Below are positions 42,800 to 54,949 of a stretch of 64,000 nucleotides of DNA, in pieces. Origin of the DNA: Nemertoderma westbladi (Eukaryota > Animalia > Xenacoelomorpha); contig JAUCBJ010000203.1 in assembly GCA_032718475.1 (NCBI GenBank), forward strand, positions 9,669-73,668. Reading direction: 5' to 3'. Each line of letters begins with the position of its first letter. The stretch's first letter is position 1. The notes below the pieces were generated by a model. That model was not told where the DNA came from, made no database searches, and was given only the letters and a program-made list of their open reading frames with translations. A program made the position numbers and the translations under genes.

Positions 42800-43075
42800 G
42801 GGTGTCGTTTCAGCCTACCGGTATTTTAACATATGAAATTAATTTCGCGAATATTTAATTTCGATATTCACCATTTAAGGTGGGCCTACCTCTTAAAGGA
42901 AAGTAGCAGGTTATAACCTAATAATGGCAGGCTTTTCTAACCAAAAGAATAAACTAAATTTAGGAACACAGTTTAAGCCTACAGTAAATTTTTTACTTCA
43001 AGATACTATACATACAGTACTAATTCTTCAATATTAATTTAACATTAACCCTATGAGAAGGCTGAAACGACACCC
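42800..43075. mobile_element. MITE, shared-core family, copy C
   Basis: Perfect TIR GGGTGTCGTTTCAGCCT / AGGCTGAAACGACACCC with CAATTG on both flanks. Core at ~42898-42957. An outer inverted repeat GCCTAATGTACA/TGTACATTAGGC suggests nesting in another small element. Confidence 0.7.
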
Positions 43076-44479
43076 CAATTGCCAATTTGCGAACGGATGT
43101 GAACTTAATGTACGAATGTACATTAGGCCAATCAAATACTCCCAATCAAATAGGCCTTCTGAAATAATGAAAATCAAATAATGAATATCAAATAGCACTG
43201 TTCTGTAGTGTTAGAAAAAGATTTTATTAATTCAGTAATTGTTATTTAGGCATCTGTAATGCTGTAGGCCTAATGTATATTGAAAATAAAATGATCCAAT
43301 TTAAAATAAGGTAGAAATGTCTGTACCGGTACTGGTACTGTATGTTTATAAAAAATATTTTATTATGTTACCGTACTGAACTGAAAATAAGATGGTCATG
43401 GATCACGTAATTGCACGGCGACTCTAAAACATTGAATAATAATGATTCGTCGTCAAGGATAGCCTGATAGCCCCTAGCCCCATGAGACTGCGGCTCGTTT
43501 CCATCTGACCATGGGGGTCCTCGACCTCGCCCTCGGTATGTGATGAACATATTATTGCTGTAATAAGTCTATGAGTAAGATAAAGTAGGCATACTGGTAG
43601 TTAGTATAGTCTGATAGTATGTCTGTTTTTGTCTGATGATTAAATTTTAAAAATATTACCGTCAACACCCGAATGTGGGCATATATGCTTTTTAAAAAAC
43701 CTCAAAGTTTTACATCATAATTTTAAGGGAAGTATCATGAAGTAAAATTCAATGAAAGTTTGATATCTAATCTTCACAATAAGTATTTAACAATTTATTA
43801 TATTTCAGTTTTTTGTACATTTTTTTTTTTAATTTAGAAAAGTGCCCACTTTACTGCTTTAAGGTACCGGTCTGCCGGTAGCCTAAAAAGTTCTACCCCA
43901 AAGTGAGCATTTTAACGGACTCTTCTTCAATCGACTTTTTAAAACATCAATTAGCTTAGTTTTTGCTTTAACATACCCCCTTATGTGGGCACCATTGGAA
44001 ATTTAAAAAAAGCTATACAAACAGGGCGAAAAAAGTAACCAAAACAATGTATTGGTGAAAAATACAAGCGCTCCAAATATGCTAAAAATCAGTAAAATTT
44101 GATGAGCTATTTTTTGGATTCAGTGCCTTTATTGAGTGCAAAATTTTGTCATAATACTTTGAAAATCAAACAAAACAACAAATTGTCTAATACATAAAAC
44201 ATAACTACCATGGCATTTGCCAGTGAGCCGCAATGATTGATTATATCTGTATATTGTGGATTAACTGATTAAATTAATTAATTAAAACGCAGTCGCAACT
44301 CAAACGAGTTATCATCTACGGACAATAGTTCTACAACCCCAGCATCTCCCGCAGCGATCCCCGCTGCTCAACAGGATAACCAGGACTCTGCTTGCGCCTC
44401 GAGACCGGTTTCCAGTGATCAGCAGGGAAACCAGTAAAGGGAGACCATCGTTGCTCATCAAACCAGCACGCGTTTATCA

Positions 44480-46390
44480 AGTGTTGCTGCTTTAATGCCA
44501 GGTCACTGAAAAACAAATTGTCGGACTTGGATGAGTTTATATCCACTACCCCGTATGATGTGATCGCGATAACGGAAACCTGGGCCAATGATTCTATTTC
44601 TGACGCGATGTTGTCTGGCAGCAAACGTTTCCGGGTCTTCCGGCAAGACAGACACGACCGGGTTGGGGGTGGAGTGGCCCTCCTTGTGCGGAACTCGATA
44701 CAGTGCATACCTGTAGCACTTCCTCATCAAACTACGGACATAGAAGCTGTAGCCATTGACCTCATCGACGGCTCTTCCCGATTAATATGCGCTTACTGTC
44801 CGCCACCTGTTCCCAGCGTTCCTGACACTACTACCGAACTTTGCGAAGCTCTCAACATCCTGTGCGACACCAACTAACCGTGTGTAATCACTGGCGACTT
44901 TAATCTGCCGCTGTTCGATTGGACTGATGTTTCCCACCCGGACAACGATATCTATAACAACTTTTTTAGTTTCGTTTTGGAATCAGGCTGCCTCTTGCAG
45001 GTCCAGTACGAGCCTACCAGAGGTGACAACGTTCTAGACCTTATTTTTACCACGGATGACCATTTTGTCTCGAGCATTTCGACGGCTGCTCCATTCTCTA
45101 CGAGTGAACACGCCACTGTGTCCTTCGATATAATTGGTTCACCTCAGTGTGACAGCTCGGACACCTCTGCGCCACGTGGTTTTTACGATTTCGCTAATGG
45201 TGACTACACAGGTTTTAAGTCATTTATGAGGTCAATTAAATGGGAAGAAGACGAGTTTGCTTCACGTAGAACAGTGGACGATTTCTTCCTAGCATTTAGC
45301 AAGGTTATGAAAAGTGGTATAAATACTTATATTCCTTATAAGGAATTTTGTAACGATAGCAACCAAAAGAAGTACCCTCATTACGTCAAGATTTTACAGA
45401 AAGCAAAGAAACGCTTGTGGCGCAGGCGTCACTCGGAAGGCGGTATGGCTGCGTATAAATGTGTCGCAGCGCAAGCTTCCCGCTCCGCTCACCGTGCTGA
45501 CTGCGAGCGGGAAATCCGGATTCTCAGTTCTGGAAACACAAATGCGATCTTTCGGTACCTGAAGAAAAAGAACTCCAACAGATCGGACATTGGCCCCCTG
45601 AAATATAAAGGTGAAACAGTAATTGATGACGAAACTAAGGCTACCATTTTTTCCTCTGTCTTTTCAGAAAATTTTACCCCTGACAATAATGTGCCTTTAA
45701 ATTTTAACCGCAAAGTACCCTATAATGTTAATTTATCTTCTGTTGAATTTAATCCTGTAAATGTTTCAACTTTTTTTTACATAAACTAGCTCCAAAACAC
45801 AGTTCCACCCCGGACGGGTTCCCGGCTATTTTATTTTCTAAACTAGCTTGTACAGTTGTACCATAGCAGCGCCCTTATCAGTTATTTTCCGTGTCTCTTT
45901 TGAATCGCACGCCCTTCTATCTGTTTGGCTCACTGCCTACATTATACCTGTATTTAAAAAGGGCGATTCATAAGACCCTTATAATTACAGACCTATCTCC
46001 CTCACGTGTATAACCTGTAAGATAATGGAAATGGTAATTAAAGATGGTTTGATAAATTACCTGTTAACAAACAAATTAATTACCTGGCAGCCCGGGCATA
46101 ACACGGTTTTTTAAAGAGAAAAAGTACATGTACACAATTATTAGATTGTCTTTCCAATTGGATTGGTGCAAACTTATAGATAAGCGTAAAAATGTTGATG
46201 TAATTAATATATGTAGATTTCTCTAAAGCGTTCGATTCTGTCGTACATAGTTATCTGTCAGTCTGTCATACATACAGACATACATGTCATACATAGCATT
46301 TTTATCCAACAGATCTCAGCAAGTTTTGGTGGGCAATATGTTTTCACAGGTTTGTGCAGTTATCTCTGGTAGTCTGGTACGGTCCCAGAC
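44480..46390 (+). mobile_element. Degraded CR1/L2-group LINE ORF2: APE endonuclease and N-terminal RT, 3'-truncated
   Basis: FNARSL..DVIAITETW..GGGVALLV..GDFNLP..PTRGDNVLDLIFT (APE motifs); PDG, YRPISLT, HGF and DFSKAFDSV (RT motifs). Contains stops and frameshifts and ends at about the SG(V)P motif. Confidence 0.9.
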
Positions 46391-46694
46391 AGCCAGACTA
46401 GTTAACCAACCAGTCCTGCAGTCAGCTTAGTTGTTCACGTGCTGCTCGAAGTCCCAGACTAGTTAACCAGTCCGCTTAGTTGTTCACGTGCTGCTCGAAG
46501 TCCCAGACTAGGAAACCAGCAAGTTAGTTGTTCACGTGCTGCTCGAAGTCCCAGACTAGTTAACCAGTCAGCTTAGTTGTTCATGTGCTGCTCAAAGTCC
46601 CAGACTAGTTAACCAGTCAGCTTAGTTGTTAACGAGCTGCTCGAAGTCCTAGGCTAGTTAACCAGTCAGCTTAGTTGTTCACGTGCTGCTCGAA
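46385..46694. repeat. 49-bp minisatellite CCCAGACTAGTTAACCAGTCAGCTTAGTTGTTCACGTGCTGCTCGAAGT, about 6 copies, resuming at 48530-48592
   Basis: Tandem units are directly visible; the array is split by the 46695-48529 insertion. Confidence 0.9.
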
Positions 46695-48529
46695 CAGTCA
46701 CTGATCTATGCCAAAATTGGCATTTTTCAAAATTGGAAGTTTTCATGCCAAAATTGGAATTTTTGATATATTTTCTGTCCAGGGTCAGCCAATATTGGCT
46801 CTTGGCTGGGGTTAACTAAATTTTGCAAAAAATTATATTTTGATGCATTTAGAAACTTATGACCGAGATAAAAAAAAATTCACCATGCTTTTGGTTTTTT
46901 ATGATTAAAATTTTGATACTGTAACCTCTAGTTCCAAAATTGGAAGTTTTTGACCTGCCATTTTTGGCATTTTTTATTCTGATAGAGGAAGAGCAGCTGC
47001 AGACTGGCAGATAGAGATATCTGTATATTGGTATATTACCGAACTTTTGTTGTAAATGTGTCAGTGTCATGCTGTGCTGCTGTGACAGCTGTGATGTGAC
47101 ATTATACATTCTAGTGCAGTAGTGAGTTGCATGTGCTTGTGTGTGTAGTATATGGGTACTTGTACTATCCAATATCCGAATACCTTAATGTGAATGTTAA
47201 CCTTGATATGATATCTTCTTAACTACATAAGAAACGCCCTGCGCTGGGCCATACAACAATGTAAGATTTGATCACATTATCAATTTCAATACTTTGTCTC
47301 TGTTTGTGTATAACTATACATTCTGACCTTTTTTTAAGAATTCACCATCACCTGCTTAGCTTGAAGAAGACTTAGTTCCAGTTGTTGTGTTAGTGTTAGT
47401 ACTTCCAGAGGCGGTCATTCATTACCAGTGCCTTTTGTTTTATTAAATGCCGACTTTGTGCCACACATCTACCTGTCTACTGCATAAGTAACCGCTTTAG
47501 ATCCTAGAGCACCTTAGACCCTGAACGAACTTAGATCTTGGGTGAACTTAGATCCTTCCCATTTGAACTTAGATCCTTCCCAGGCAGCCAAGCGAACTTA
47601 GATACTTCCCCTACTGCCATACGAACTTAGATCCTTCCCATATGAACTTCGATCCTCAAAGTACGAACTTAGATTCCACCTTGCATATATCTGTATATAT
47701 CAGTTCAGTATATTGCTGTACCATAGCTGTGTTAATGTAAAAACGTCATCCCCATACTGCCATAGGCCAGCAGACCTTACTGTAAATATTATCACGCTTG
47801 AAGGGAAGCGAACTTACAGTAGATCCTACTACCATAATAATAATAAATAATACATTGCACCGAATTAGCTATTAATTTGCAAATTATAGTTTGTTGGTGA
47901 TTAACTAATCGCAACTACTTTGAGTGTATGACTTATTTGCATTAGATCATTATAAGTCTGTAAGTACTTTTATATGCTTAATGTAAAATGTAACACAGTA
48001 CAATACTATAATATCAGTTGAACGTGGCCAGCACTATATGATGTGGGATCTAAGTTCGCCTCTCATCTAGCAGTCTAGCGTGTGCTAAGGAATTTGTATA
48101 AATCTGGGATCTAAGTTCACCTAGTTCAGTAGTTAGGATCTAAGCTCCCCCGGACTACTGGATAGGATCTAAGTTCACTTAGTTAGGATCTAAGTTCAAC
48201 CAGACTGCCAGATATAGGATCTATGTTCGCATATATCTGTATATAGGACCCAAGTTCGCATAGATATAAGTTCCTCAAACTGTCAAAGTCACGCCCTGCA
48301 GGATCTAAGTTCGTTTACCGAAATATATATAATGCAAATGCATCATTACCTATACGGTAATAAATTTGCATGAAAATAGATTAGTTCAAACTGTCAAAAT
48401 ACATTATTAATCTAATATCTGGCTGACTGGTGCCTATCAGTACTAGTTCCAATTTTGGAATTAATGCCGAAATTGGAATAAAAACTTCCATTTTTGAAAA
48501 CTGCCAATTTTGGCATAGATCACTGACTG
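46695..48529. mobile_element. Non-autonomous TIR element with CAGTC termini and 5-bp TSD (hAT5-like)
   Basis: TIR CAGTCACTGATCTATGCCAAAATTGG / CCAATTTTGGCATAGATCACTGACTG. TSD TCGAA at 46690-46694 and 48530-48534. Confidence 0.8.
47486..48320. mobile_element. Foldback-like element with arrayed subterminal GAACTTAGATCC motifs, nested in 46695-48529
   Basis: About 9 GAACTTAGATCC-like copies on the left and about 8 inverted GGATCTAAGTTC copies on the right. Right end GGATCTAAGTTCGTTTACCG. Confidence 0.75.
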
Positions 48530-50284
48530 TCGAAGCCCCAGACTAGTTAACCAGTCAGCTTAGTTGTTTACGTGCTGCTCGAAGCCCCAGAATAGATAAA
48601 AAAACAACAATAACGGATGTGTGAGTTAAACCGATAAGAAATGATTTATTCTGATTCAATGAATTCTATTTAGTCTTACTCTATTCCAGTATTCTATTCA
48701 TCATTCATGTAGGGCCATAGGGTATTCAATGTTAAAAAAAGATTTGAATTTACCGCCAAAATATAGGTGGCAGATCTGATCTGCCACCCTTTCTAGTACA
48801 AATTACATGTCTTTCAATCATTTGAATTTCCCGCGCTATGGCAGTCAGGAATACTGGTCACAATATGTCCAATTTACAGCCAGAATGTGTCCACGGAAAA
48901 CGCTCTCAGAGTGAAATTTCTCCATAGTAAACAATGCTAAATTTCATTTGAAAACCCGCAGTGAAATTTTAACATTGGCATTCTAAAAATTATGCCATTA
49001 CAATCGCCATAAAATTCTGTGTATAGGCTGTAGGCCCCTAAATTAATTTGAGAATTAGAATCTCATCGTTGGGATAACTTATCATAATATTAAAAATAAA
49101 AATGTGCCCAGCTTCTGCTTTGAGTACTAGTGGAGTTACAGCCAAAATATGTCCGGAAATATAATCGCAGCCTGTCGCCTGTGAAGGACAAATAGTGGCT
49201 GCACGGACACTTTCTGGCTGTAAATATGTGGACAATTTTTGGCTGAGCTTCAGCCAGAAAGTGACCAGTGTTCCTAACTGTATGGAGCAGGGTGGCACCT
49301 TTTAGCTGTTTAGGGACTTGTATACCGGTACCGGTACTGCTATAGGCAGATACTGAGATACGCATAGCCGTTACACTGTTACACGTTGGGTGACGTTATA
49401 CTGTTATAGCGGTACGGTACGGTACCGGTCCTGCCGGCCGGTACCAGTCAGTCTGTGAGAAGTCAAAAATTGGACTTGAGTCCAAAATTGGACTTCGACT
49501 CCAGTTCAAGTCCAAAATTGGACTTCTGTGAGTCCAATATTGGACTTCAAATCAGCCAATTGTTCCAGGGCCTTGGGTAATTGGATCGGGCGGGATTTTT
49601 TTTTTTAATCGAAAATATATCAAAAAATAAGAGTTTTGAACAGGGGGACCTGAAATTCACCAGGGGGAACTTTTTTTATAAGGCTTTAAATTTTTACAAA
49701 AGTCCAATATTGGACTTTAAGTCCAATTTTGGACGTGACATTGAGAATCAAACTTAAAGGTACATGAAGCATGACAGATGAGAGACAGCCAGACAGCTAT
49801 TAAGTTATGGAAAGTTACCTTTGCAGCTCTGTATGTATCTTCACTCTTCAGTGTACTGTACTTAGAATATAATGGTACATTCTAGCATTCTAGGTACTTT
49901 GTACTTTACTTTTAGCATATTGCAGTATTGTTTAGTTTACAATTTACATTCATGTTATGTCTAACCTTACAGCCTTATGTACCCAGGACTTTAGAGTCTT
50001 TAGCTCTTTAGGACTAGATTAGATTATGCTCCAACAAATATTTAATTACAAATTATATTTGGTGGAAACTGGTAGCAATGCCAGGTTTGCCAACTGCAGC
50101 TGCTGCTAAGACTAACTACAGTACAAGCTACGATTTCGTCTAAGCCTATGCCCTATGGGAGCCCTATCAGAAAGAAATACCACAAGTTGATGCTACCACC
50201 ATCTCTTCTAATTTTTCCATACAACAGGAAGGGTATTTTTAAACGGCTGGATAATGAAAGGGGATTACTAACTGATTAACGTGT

Positions 50285-50440
50285 TGGGGTCTCCACATAA
50301 TAAGTACAGAAGTAAGAAGTAACACACGTCATACTGTCATAATCATAAACCAATTGAGGGAAAGGAACAGGTTACAGAGGCAGGCTTTTCTAACTAAAAC
50401 AATAAACGGCCACTTTTGACTTTACTAATTGAAGGAGCCC
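50285..50440. mobile_element. MITE, shared-core family, copy D (degenerate TIR)
   Basis: Core CAATTGAGGGAAAGGAACAGGTTACAGAGGCAGGCTTTTCTAACTAAAACAATAAAC at ~50351-50407. Rough TIR GGGGTCTCC / GGAGCCC. Confidence 0.5.
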
Positions 50441-50454
50441 TATCACCTCACCAC

Positions 50455-50887
50455 ATACTATTACTACAATCGGCATGCTGTATTGCAGCTGCATTATATA
50501 TAAACAGATAAAGGCCCTATTAAGAATGCTGTGCCGGCTTGTTGACAAAAGTGCGCCTCCACAACTCCCTTACACTCTTACAGCCTTATCACCCATGACA
50601 TTTGCTAGATCATCTGCATCTTCAAGTCCAGTGTCCTTTAAGACAGTAAGAAAGATGCGTCTCAAGAAATTCATGGGCTGTCCACAATGCTTATTCACTC
50701 CATGAGGTGCACTGGCTGGTCCTCACAGCTTAAAGCAATGTCAAATGTCCTGCAAAGCGGAGGCGGCTTTGTTCTAGTGTCAAGCTTGGGGGAACCAATG
50801 ACTGAATGAGACACCTCCAACTCCAATGTTATATAGTGTCTGGTTGGAGATGCAGAGATGTGTGCATTGTACTTGACACAGTGAACC
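50455..50887 (-). mobile_element. RTE-like LINE 3' fragment
   Basis: Reverse-complement homolog of 60950-61350 and 61360-61730, with a (TAG)n-like tail. Confidence 0.75.
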
Positions 50888-52674
50888 TAATCAAAACAAT
50901 TAGTCAATAAACATTAACTCAATAACAGTTACAGTTTACAGTAGTCTTATTTTTGCCATACGAAAATACCACAGGTATGGGTATGTATGAATGAACTACT
51001 GAACTATACAGCTATAACTCAACTACCGCTACCGCGGTATACACCACTAAGGCAGTAAGGCTACCGCAAAGCCATACCACTACCGCAAAAAGTAACTACT
51101 GATGTCTGACTGTGCGTGTGCGATCCCTGCTTATAATACTTATAGTTATAATAATTAATTTAATCATTAAAATAATGTTGCATTGTAATTATGTAATATA
51201 TATGTACTGAGACTGACTGACTGATACGGGATACAGTTTTGATTTAAATACCGATATACCTGTATACAGTATGGCAGCATGGGTACACTTGGAGTTGTAC
51301 TAAAGTCCAATATTGGACTTTGGAGTCCAAAATTGGACTTGAAGTCTAAAATTTGACTTGAAGTCCAATTTTTGACTTCTCACCGACTGCCAGTACCGGT
51401 CAGCCGGTTGACCAGTAGCCTGTCTGCCTGTAGGCTTCAGGGCTTATGTACCGGTACCGTCAGACTGTAAAATATATATACAGACTGACAGATATAAGGT
51501 GTAAGGTATACGCATACGGCTGTACGGTACTGCATACTGGTATAGGCCTACTGCTGTAGGCTACTGCCAGACTGTTCGTATACGGTACCGTACCTCACAC
51601 TGTCATGTCCCCAATTGCCAGTCCCTGTCATACATATATCTGTACCTGTGTACCAGTGTACTGTACTGCTGTACCTGCTACCACTGTACCAGTACCAGCC
51701 TACTGCGAACTGATGTACGCTACTTCAGTAGGCCTGCTTGTATGCAGTTTCTTCCTTACTCTACCAGTCTACTGACTCAGTCGACAGTCGGTAGGTTCTG
51801 TTGACTGGTGCTTAGATCGTGGCTTTTCCAGTTAACATTATTCCATTTTGTATAAAACAAGTAATGTGGTTGGAGAAAGCTGCTACTAAGCAGCAACCAA
51901 TCACGTTAATCCTGTTTTACACAGACAGACAGAGTCAATGAGAATGGAATATTGCTAACATAGGTTCCACCTTGGTGTAGTGGTTGCATTGAATTCACAT
52001 CTCCCGTAGGTCATCACATGGGCCAGGACAGTTTTCGTTATTCTTTATTGTTATTCATTACAACGTCTGCCGACTTATAAGTCGTCAGACTTTGTGCGTA
52101 ATCCCTGGCCGAAGAAAATTTATTTTTTTTTAACATGAAAAAGTTCAGGTTACCTTTATTCCATATCTCAGTATTTGTATTCACTATCACCCTCCCCTTG
52201 CAGCCTTGTCTGTCTGCCTGTTTCATTATACAAGTTACACCGAAAGGAAACCAGTCAGGTGTCAGGCAGAACAGTAGGTACAGTAAAGCAAATTATTAAG
52301 AATGAAGCAACAGTAATATGTAATAGCCAAAGCCAATACCGGCACAGTACTGTAGCAGGTTTTGTTAATTCAAACTTTAAGCCTTAAAGGGGGCCTTATT
52401 CTTTCTCATGGTAGTTGCATGGGAACAGTAATGACTGAGACGATTGAAAAAGTAGTGGAATGTAATTTATGCGATATGGAAGTACAATACAACCTCTACA
52501 TTATCGAGACACAAACAAAAAATTGATAAAAAACAGAAAAGGGAGAACCGGCAGCGAAACTAAACCATTTCCACGCTGTCCAGCATGCCAGCACTGTTCT
52601 TTTTGCTACTCACGTGTCGGGAATGCTACAGTCAGACCTTGGAACGATTGAATGGGTATGATGTAGCGTTTGCA

Positions 52675-52893
52675 CAGGTGTAAAAGCTACGCCGACAACC
52701 GGCAACCACTGCCCACAACAGCAAATATGAAAATGTAACCTGAGTTCCTAACTCTCGTTTATTGTTTTGGTTAGACTAACCTTCCACTGTAACCTGTTCC
52801 TTTCCCTCAATTAACTAATTAATAAATAACATTAATTAGCTTTAATAATGGTTGTCGGCGTTACGGCGTAGCATTTACTGTACATACACCCCG
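52675..52893. mobile_element. MITE, shared-core family, copy E
   Basis: TIR GGTGTAAAAGCTACGCCGACAACC vs GGTTGTCGGCG..GGCGTAGCATTTA..CACC. TSD (CG)TTTGCA on both sides. Core at ~52757-52812. Confidence 0.7.
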
Positions 52894-53272
52894 TTTGCAG
52901 TGAAGTGGTTGGTATCATAAAATTTGTGTGAATAAAACGCAACACGAGTTTCGGGGTGATGAACTGATATGTGAGTATGTGAGACCTGCATTTTCCACAC
53001 ATTGAATATTACTATGTCTGTACGTGGCAAGTACCGGTACTTCAATGAGATATGAGTACTGTACAGTATGTTTATTACTAAACCAGACTTATAAATATTT
53101 AATTTACAGTTTACATCATTGTAATTAAACTAACCCACTTACGTACTGACTTACACAACATACGGTATTTTTTATTTTTCTTGCATATATTATGCCTTGT
53201 ATTGTACCATTATACAGATATAATAAATATTATATGGCTTACTCGATTACTAACTGACAATCACTAGCAGCT

Positions 53273-53895
53273 TAATTACTGTGGGGCGAGCCACGAAGTG
53301 AGCGAAGCCTTAGCATATGGGTACCATTAACGAGTTGTCTGTCGTCGTCGTCGTCGTCTGTCGTAAATTTTTGATCGCTAATAACTCGGTTATTCCTTGA
53401 TGACATTAAACGAAACTCGGTACGTATGTATTCCGGCAAAAGTTTAGAAAGAATCTCAAGTTTTGTCAAAAACGAACGAACGCAACGAGTTTACAGTGGA
53501 TACGAGTACCCATCTGCCATAAATCAGCTGTTACTCTCACAGTTTCAAGACTTTGCACAGTTGTAAAGGTCGTTAGTCTCCGTTTAGGGAAATTATTTTA
53601 AGACAAAACAGGACGAGCGCAACGAGGCTCATGAAGGAGAACAGTATTGTAAAACTAAAAATGTCATACTTAACTTAAATAGCCCTAGTTAGAAGGTTTA
53701 CAAATGACAGTTAAAGTGTGTAAGGGCAAACTGAAATGGATCTATATTTTTACAACTAGTTTATCACAAACTGATAGCATCGTCTTCACTCATATATTTT
53801 AGGAAAGACAGTTTTCGTATATCTAATAGAGATTAGTATAATGTACTTTCTAATTTAGGCTCTCGTGCTGCGCGAAGGCCCCACGAACGTGTAAT
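53273..53895 (+). mobile_element. Helentron-associated (DINE-1/HINE-like) non-autonomous element
   Basis: Subterminal inverted repeat GTGGGGC (53281) / GCCCCAC (53878), a (GTC)n/GTCT microsatellite ~60 bp from the 5' end, then AATAACTC..GAAACTCGGTAC as in HINE-type layouts. Confidence 0.45.
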
Positions 53896-54570
53896 ATCTG
53901 ATTACTTTGGAATAATGGTAACCTGAACTTTTTGAAGTTAGCAATATTCCATTCCCATTGACTCTGTGTTAAACATGATTAACGTGATTGGTTGCTGGTT
54001 AGTAGCAGCCCCTAGCAGGTTTCTCCAACCACCTTTAAAGCACCTGTGGTTCTGTTGTACTTGTAGGACTGAAGTCCTACAAGTACTGAAGAACTGAGAA
54101 GTAGTGAAGTACTGAAGTCACCTGGCTTCCTGCTGGAAGTATAGGCAGTTGCCAGTTGGTTACAGAGATAAGTACGGGTGGGTCGGACACCATTGGCCTT
54201 CGGGACACACAAACAAATCCCAAAAAACCAATAGCCACCGTCGCCTACAGTGTATATATTGAAAGTTAATCAAAATGCATCGATGTTCTGGTGTTATTTA
54301 AGCCTTGACTGCACACTGAGGACCATCCAATAGGCAATAGCATTGTCAGTGTCACTGTATACGATGTTCCGCCAGATCTATATTTGGGAAAGGACATTAT
54401 GTTTTAGAATTGGTAAAGTAAACATTGCGTTAATACATTGAGATTATTACTAAAATACAGATCCACTGTATAAGAATTTTTACTAGCCCCATTGTAGGTA
54501 CTATTTAATAATGCTTCTTAAAATTGCAGAATTTTTACCAGCTAGATAAATAACGAATCGTGCGAATATA

Positions 54571-54865
54571 CGGTACGCAGCAAACTTCGCCCGCAGGAAA
54601 TCTTCGCCCGCGAGCAACCTTCGCCCAATAAACAATTATTGTTTTGGTTAGAATAAGCCGTCTCTGTAACCTACTCCTTTCCCTCAATTTGTAACAGCAT
54701 CGTTTATTGTTTTGGTTTGAAAAAGCCGTATCTGTAACCTGATCCTGTCCCTCAATTGGTAACTAAAATGATTACTATCACAAATCTAATTGGGCGAAGG
54801 TTTCTCGCGGGGGAAGATTGCCTTGCGGGCGAAGGTTGTACGCGGGCGAAGGTTGCACCCAACCG
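54571..54865. mobile_element. MITE, shared-core family, copy F (core duplicated)
   Basis: CGGT..ACCG termini with subterminal CTTCGCCCGC / GCGGGCGAAG arrays. Flanks AATATA / AATCTA. Two tandem cores at ~54636-54760. Confidence 0.75.
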
Positions 54866-54949
54866 AATCTACCCATCCCGTATTATTCGCTGTCAAAACG
54901 ATTAATACATATATTAATGGAACCCTCGTAAACTACTTCATGTCACAAA

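Larger units (their letters stand above)
49449..51389. mobile_element. Non-autonomous TIR element with CAGTC termini and 5-bp TSD (hAT5-like)
   Basis: TIR CAGTCTGTGAGAAGTCAAAAATTGGACTT / AAGTCCAATTTTTGACTTCTCACCGACTG. TSD CCAGT at 49444-49448 and 51390-51394. Arrays of palindromic AAGTCCAAWATTGGACTT. Confidence 0.85.
51862..54034. mobile_element. TIR element with ~130-bp arms and a TTAA-flanked right end (Kolobok/T2-like), with nested insertions
   Basis: 53905-54034 is the reverse complement of ~51866-51960 plus ~52135-52165. Right end ..CCAACCACCT|TTAA. Confidence 0.6.

Noticed and set aside
42670-43560. Possible 5' UTR exons or promoter of ABHD17 (minus-strand acceptors near 42678 and 43157, donor near 43371)
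   Set aside because: Splice-like motifs alone are not enough without transcript data.
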